Positions 20,448-23,191 of a stretch of DNA of 23,191 bases are shown in pieces. Each line of letters begins with the position of its first letter. Position 1 is the stretch's first letter. The position numbers and the translations under genes are program-made. This DNA comes from Azolla caroliniana (taxonomy: Eukaryota > Plantae > Polypodiophyta), in the NCBI GenBank assembly GCA_043228905.1, contig JBHGNT010000486.1, positions 1-23,191 on the forward strand, read 5' to 3'. The notes under the pieces are model-generated. The model was not told the DNA's origin. It saw nothing but the letters and a program-made list of their open reading frames with translations, and did no database searches.

Positions 20448-22072
20448 GTCCAGTCAAAATAGGAGCCGTTTGGTTGGACAACCCTAGATCTGTGCAGCTC
20501 ATCAGTGGTTCCATTCCCTCTAAGCAAGTTAGCAATGTGTTCTTAGCCCAAGTAACAGTTAGTACTAAAAGTACCTCTCTAGTACATGTCTCAACACTCC
20601 TAGATTCCGGAGCTAATTCTTGCTTCATGGATAGGAATTTTGCCCAAGCTCATCAGATATCCCTAAGAAAACTCTCATGTCCAGCCTCTATAGTAGTCAT
20701 TGATGTTTGTCCCATTACTTTCGGAAATATCATAGAAGAGTCAGAGCCCGTTAATATTGTCCTAGATAATTTAGCGTGTGTAGTATCCTTTAATATATTT
20801 AGTATCCTAGACCATCCCATTGTTTTGGGATTACCATGGTTCGAATTACATAACCTAGACATAGATTGGAGAACAAGAGAAATCCGATATCGACAAACCT
20901 GAGGATCTACTCATAAGATTGCAACCATTTCGCTACATCAGTTGCGTGAGGAAGGACGCAAGGAAGAAATGTTTCTCTTCATAGTATCAGTAAAACCCTC
21001 CAACACCACTAAAGAGGAGTTCACCGTTCAACTTCCAAAAAAGTATCGTCATTATGCCAATGTGTTCGATAAAGTACAAGCCAATACGCTTCCTCACCAT
21101 CGACCGTATGATTGCCCCATTGATTTGCAACCGGGAAAAGAGCCACCATTGCGACCGATCTACAATTTGTCACCAACTGAGCTAGAAGTTCTTCGAGCCT
21201 ATATAGAGGAGAATTTCGCAAATGGTTTCATTCAACATTTGCAATCTCCAGCTAGCGCACCCATTTTCTTCGTCAAGAAAAAGGATGGATCACTTCGTCT
21301 CGTCGTAGATTACGGTAGCTTGAATAAGGTCACCATCAGGAATAGGTATGCACTTTCCCTTATCAATGGTGCAAGGTTCTTCACAAAAATCGACTTACGA
21401 GGATCATATAACCTTGTACGGATCCGACCAAGAGATGAATGGAAGGCAGTGTTTCGCACTAGATATGAGCACTTCGAGTATACGGTCATGCCATTCGGCC
21501 TCACTAATGGGCCAACAGTCTTCCAACACATGGCAAATGATATATTCCGAGATCTCTTGGATGTTTGTTTGATCATCTATTTGGATGATCTACTGGTTTA
21601 TTCGAAGACCCAAGAAGAGCATGATTCTCATGTACTATTAGTACACTAAAACGACTTCCAAAACATGGTCTTTATGCAAAGCTGGAAAAATGTAGTTTCG
21701 AGTGCAACTAGGTAGAATTTTTGGGCTATGTCATTTCCTCGGAAGGCATCTCCATGGATCCAGCTAAGGTCAAAACGGTGGTAGAGTGGAAGACTCCGCT
21801 CCGCGTTCATTGTGAGATGTGCAATGCTTTTAAGACTTTGCCAATTTCTACCAAAAGTTTATAGACGATTACTCAAAGCTTGTTCTGCCTCTCATACAGC
21901 TCACCAGGAAGGGACAATAGTTTGTTTGGTCTGAAGAAGCTGACATGGATTTTGAGGGTCTTAAGAATAGTTTGTTTGGTCTGAAGAAGCAGACATGGCT
22001 TTTGAGGGTCTTAAGAAGGAATTTACATCAGCTCCTATTCTGGCTCATGTTGATATGGAAAAACCATTCATC
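20420..22072 (+). pseudogene. pol: Gypsy E pol (protease + reverse transcriptase), in the -1 frame relative to gag
   Basis: LLDSGANSCFMD, IVLGLPW, LPHHRPYDCPIDL, APIFFVKKKDGSLRLVVDY, FTKIDLRGSY, MPFGLTNGP..FQ, YLDD, KLEKCSF, VEFLGYVIS. Confidence 0.93.
21916..22017. repeat. 50-bp tandem duplication within Gypsy pol
   Basis: AATAGTTTGTTTGGTCTGAAGAAGC.GACATGG.TTTTGAGGGTCTTAAG at 21916 and 21966, 2 mismatches. Confidence 0.92.
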
Positions 22073-23191
22073 TGTTGTACAAAGAGAGCGACAGAGAGGG
22101 AGAGAGAGAGAGAGAGAGAGAGATACAGAGCGATACTTTGTTGTAACCGCCGCCTGGCGAAGAAACCGAGCTCGAGGTCGTTGCCTACGAGTCTCTGATT
22201 GTACCCCTTCTCTTCATAGTGATAGTTCGGAGTTTGTGGGCTCCCATGGTTTTTCCCATTTAGGGTTTTCCACGTAAACATCTTGTGTTTCACTCTTTAG
22301 TTCCCATTTCTGTGTTCTCCATTCTCATAGAAGTGTTCAAGACTCAGTTGTGGCCGAGCAATATTCCGCACTATTCTCATTAACTTGTATCAGAGCGAAC
22401 AACACAGAAAATTGAAGAATCGCTCGGCGGCATGTTCAAGCTCAACGGCTCCAACTACTAAGTGTGGAAGTCAAAGATGAGGGATATGTTGGTGGTCAAA
22501 GATCTTTGGTTCCCGTTTCAGTTTGGGGAGAAGAGACCGGATAAAATCGACACCATAGTGTAGGAGGTAATGCACATGAAGATGACGACATAGATCCGGT
22601 GCTTCATTGACATGAGCTTGTACAACAACTTCAATGAAGAAAGGAAGGCTCATGAACTCTGGGAGAAGATCGACATCGTGTTCCAAAACAAGAATGTCGT
22701 TAATAGGGTTTCGGTATTCCGGAAGCTAGTGAGGCTCCGTTACCAAGACGACTCCAATATGGCGGAGCACATGAATACCTTCCAGGGGCTAATACACCAA
22801 GCAACCTCATTGGAAGTACCTCTTGCCGATGAGGTACTTGCATTGCTCCTCCTCGATTCCCTCCCGGATAGCTGGGAGACGTTAGTTGTCACGTTGGGCA
22901 ACGTTGGGCCGGAAGGAAAACAATTGTCCCTAACAAGGTTAAAGTCAAGCTTGCTAGATGAAGAAGCTCACCGGAAGGACTGAGAGTCTGGAACAGATCC
23001 GAAGGCCTTGGTCACGGAAGATGACCACAACCGGGGAAGAGGTCGATATCGGTGTCCCCAAAATCGGGACAAGTCGGGGATGAGGTCGAAGTCAAGGGGG
23101 AGGCCTACTTGCTTCTACTGGGGAAAACCAGCTCACTTCCAAAAGAACTCTCGGCATTTCCGAAAAGAGAAAGAAAATGGCACCATCGATT
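22073..23191 (+). mobile_element. Ty1/Copia element F (Tnt1/Tto1-like): 5' LTR ~22073-22379, degenerate PBS, gag remnant running off the window
   Basis: TG start at 22073; (AG)n tract; GGGTTTTCCACGTAAA U5 motif; PBS TTGTATCAGAGC at 22385-22396; MFKLNGSNY*VWKSKMRDML; LLLLDSLPDSWETLVVTL; degenerate knuckle CFYWGKPAHFQKNS at ~23110-23151. Confidence 0.88.

Larger units (their letters stand above)
18792..22072 (+). mobile_element. Ty3/Gypsy element E (chromovirus Tf1/sushi-Tcn1-like), 5' part
   Basis: 5' LTR, PEG10/sushi-type gag, protease and RT in Gypsy order; interrupted after SAPILAHVDMEKPFI by element F. Confidence 0.92.

Noticed and set aside
21945-22293. RERERE/LSLSLS ORFs
   Set aside because: They span the Gypsy/Copia F junction and the (AG)n tract.

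Overview
Plant nuclear DNA; the element types and chitinase architecture suggest a fern or other non-seed plant (inference). 1-4977 is a near-complete but inactivated hAT DNA transposon (BED finger, DUF659-type core, dimerisation domain, 4 coding exons). It is followed by an inverted end of a related hAT and several tandem repeats. 7875-8769 is the only intact host gene: a two-exon secreted GH19 chitinase with no hevein domain ('loopless' type). ~9977-23191 is a nest of six decayed LTR retrotransposons (five Ty1/Copia, one Ty3/Gypsy of the Tf1/sushi-Tcn1 type). The most unusual signals are in the Gypsy element: an antisense tRNA-like A-box/B-box cassette at the start of its LTR, a PBS complementary to its own predicted transcript 5' end (self-priming), and a G_UUA_AAC slippery site plus stem-loop for -1 gag-pol frameshifting. 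All calls come from reading the sequence; no searches were run.
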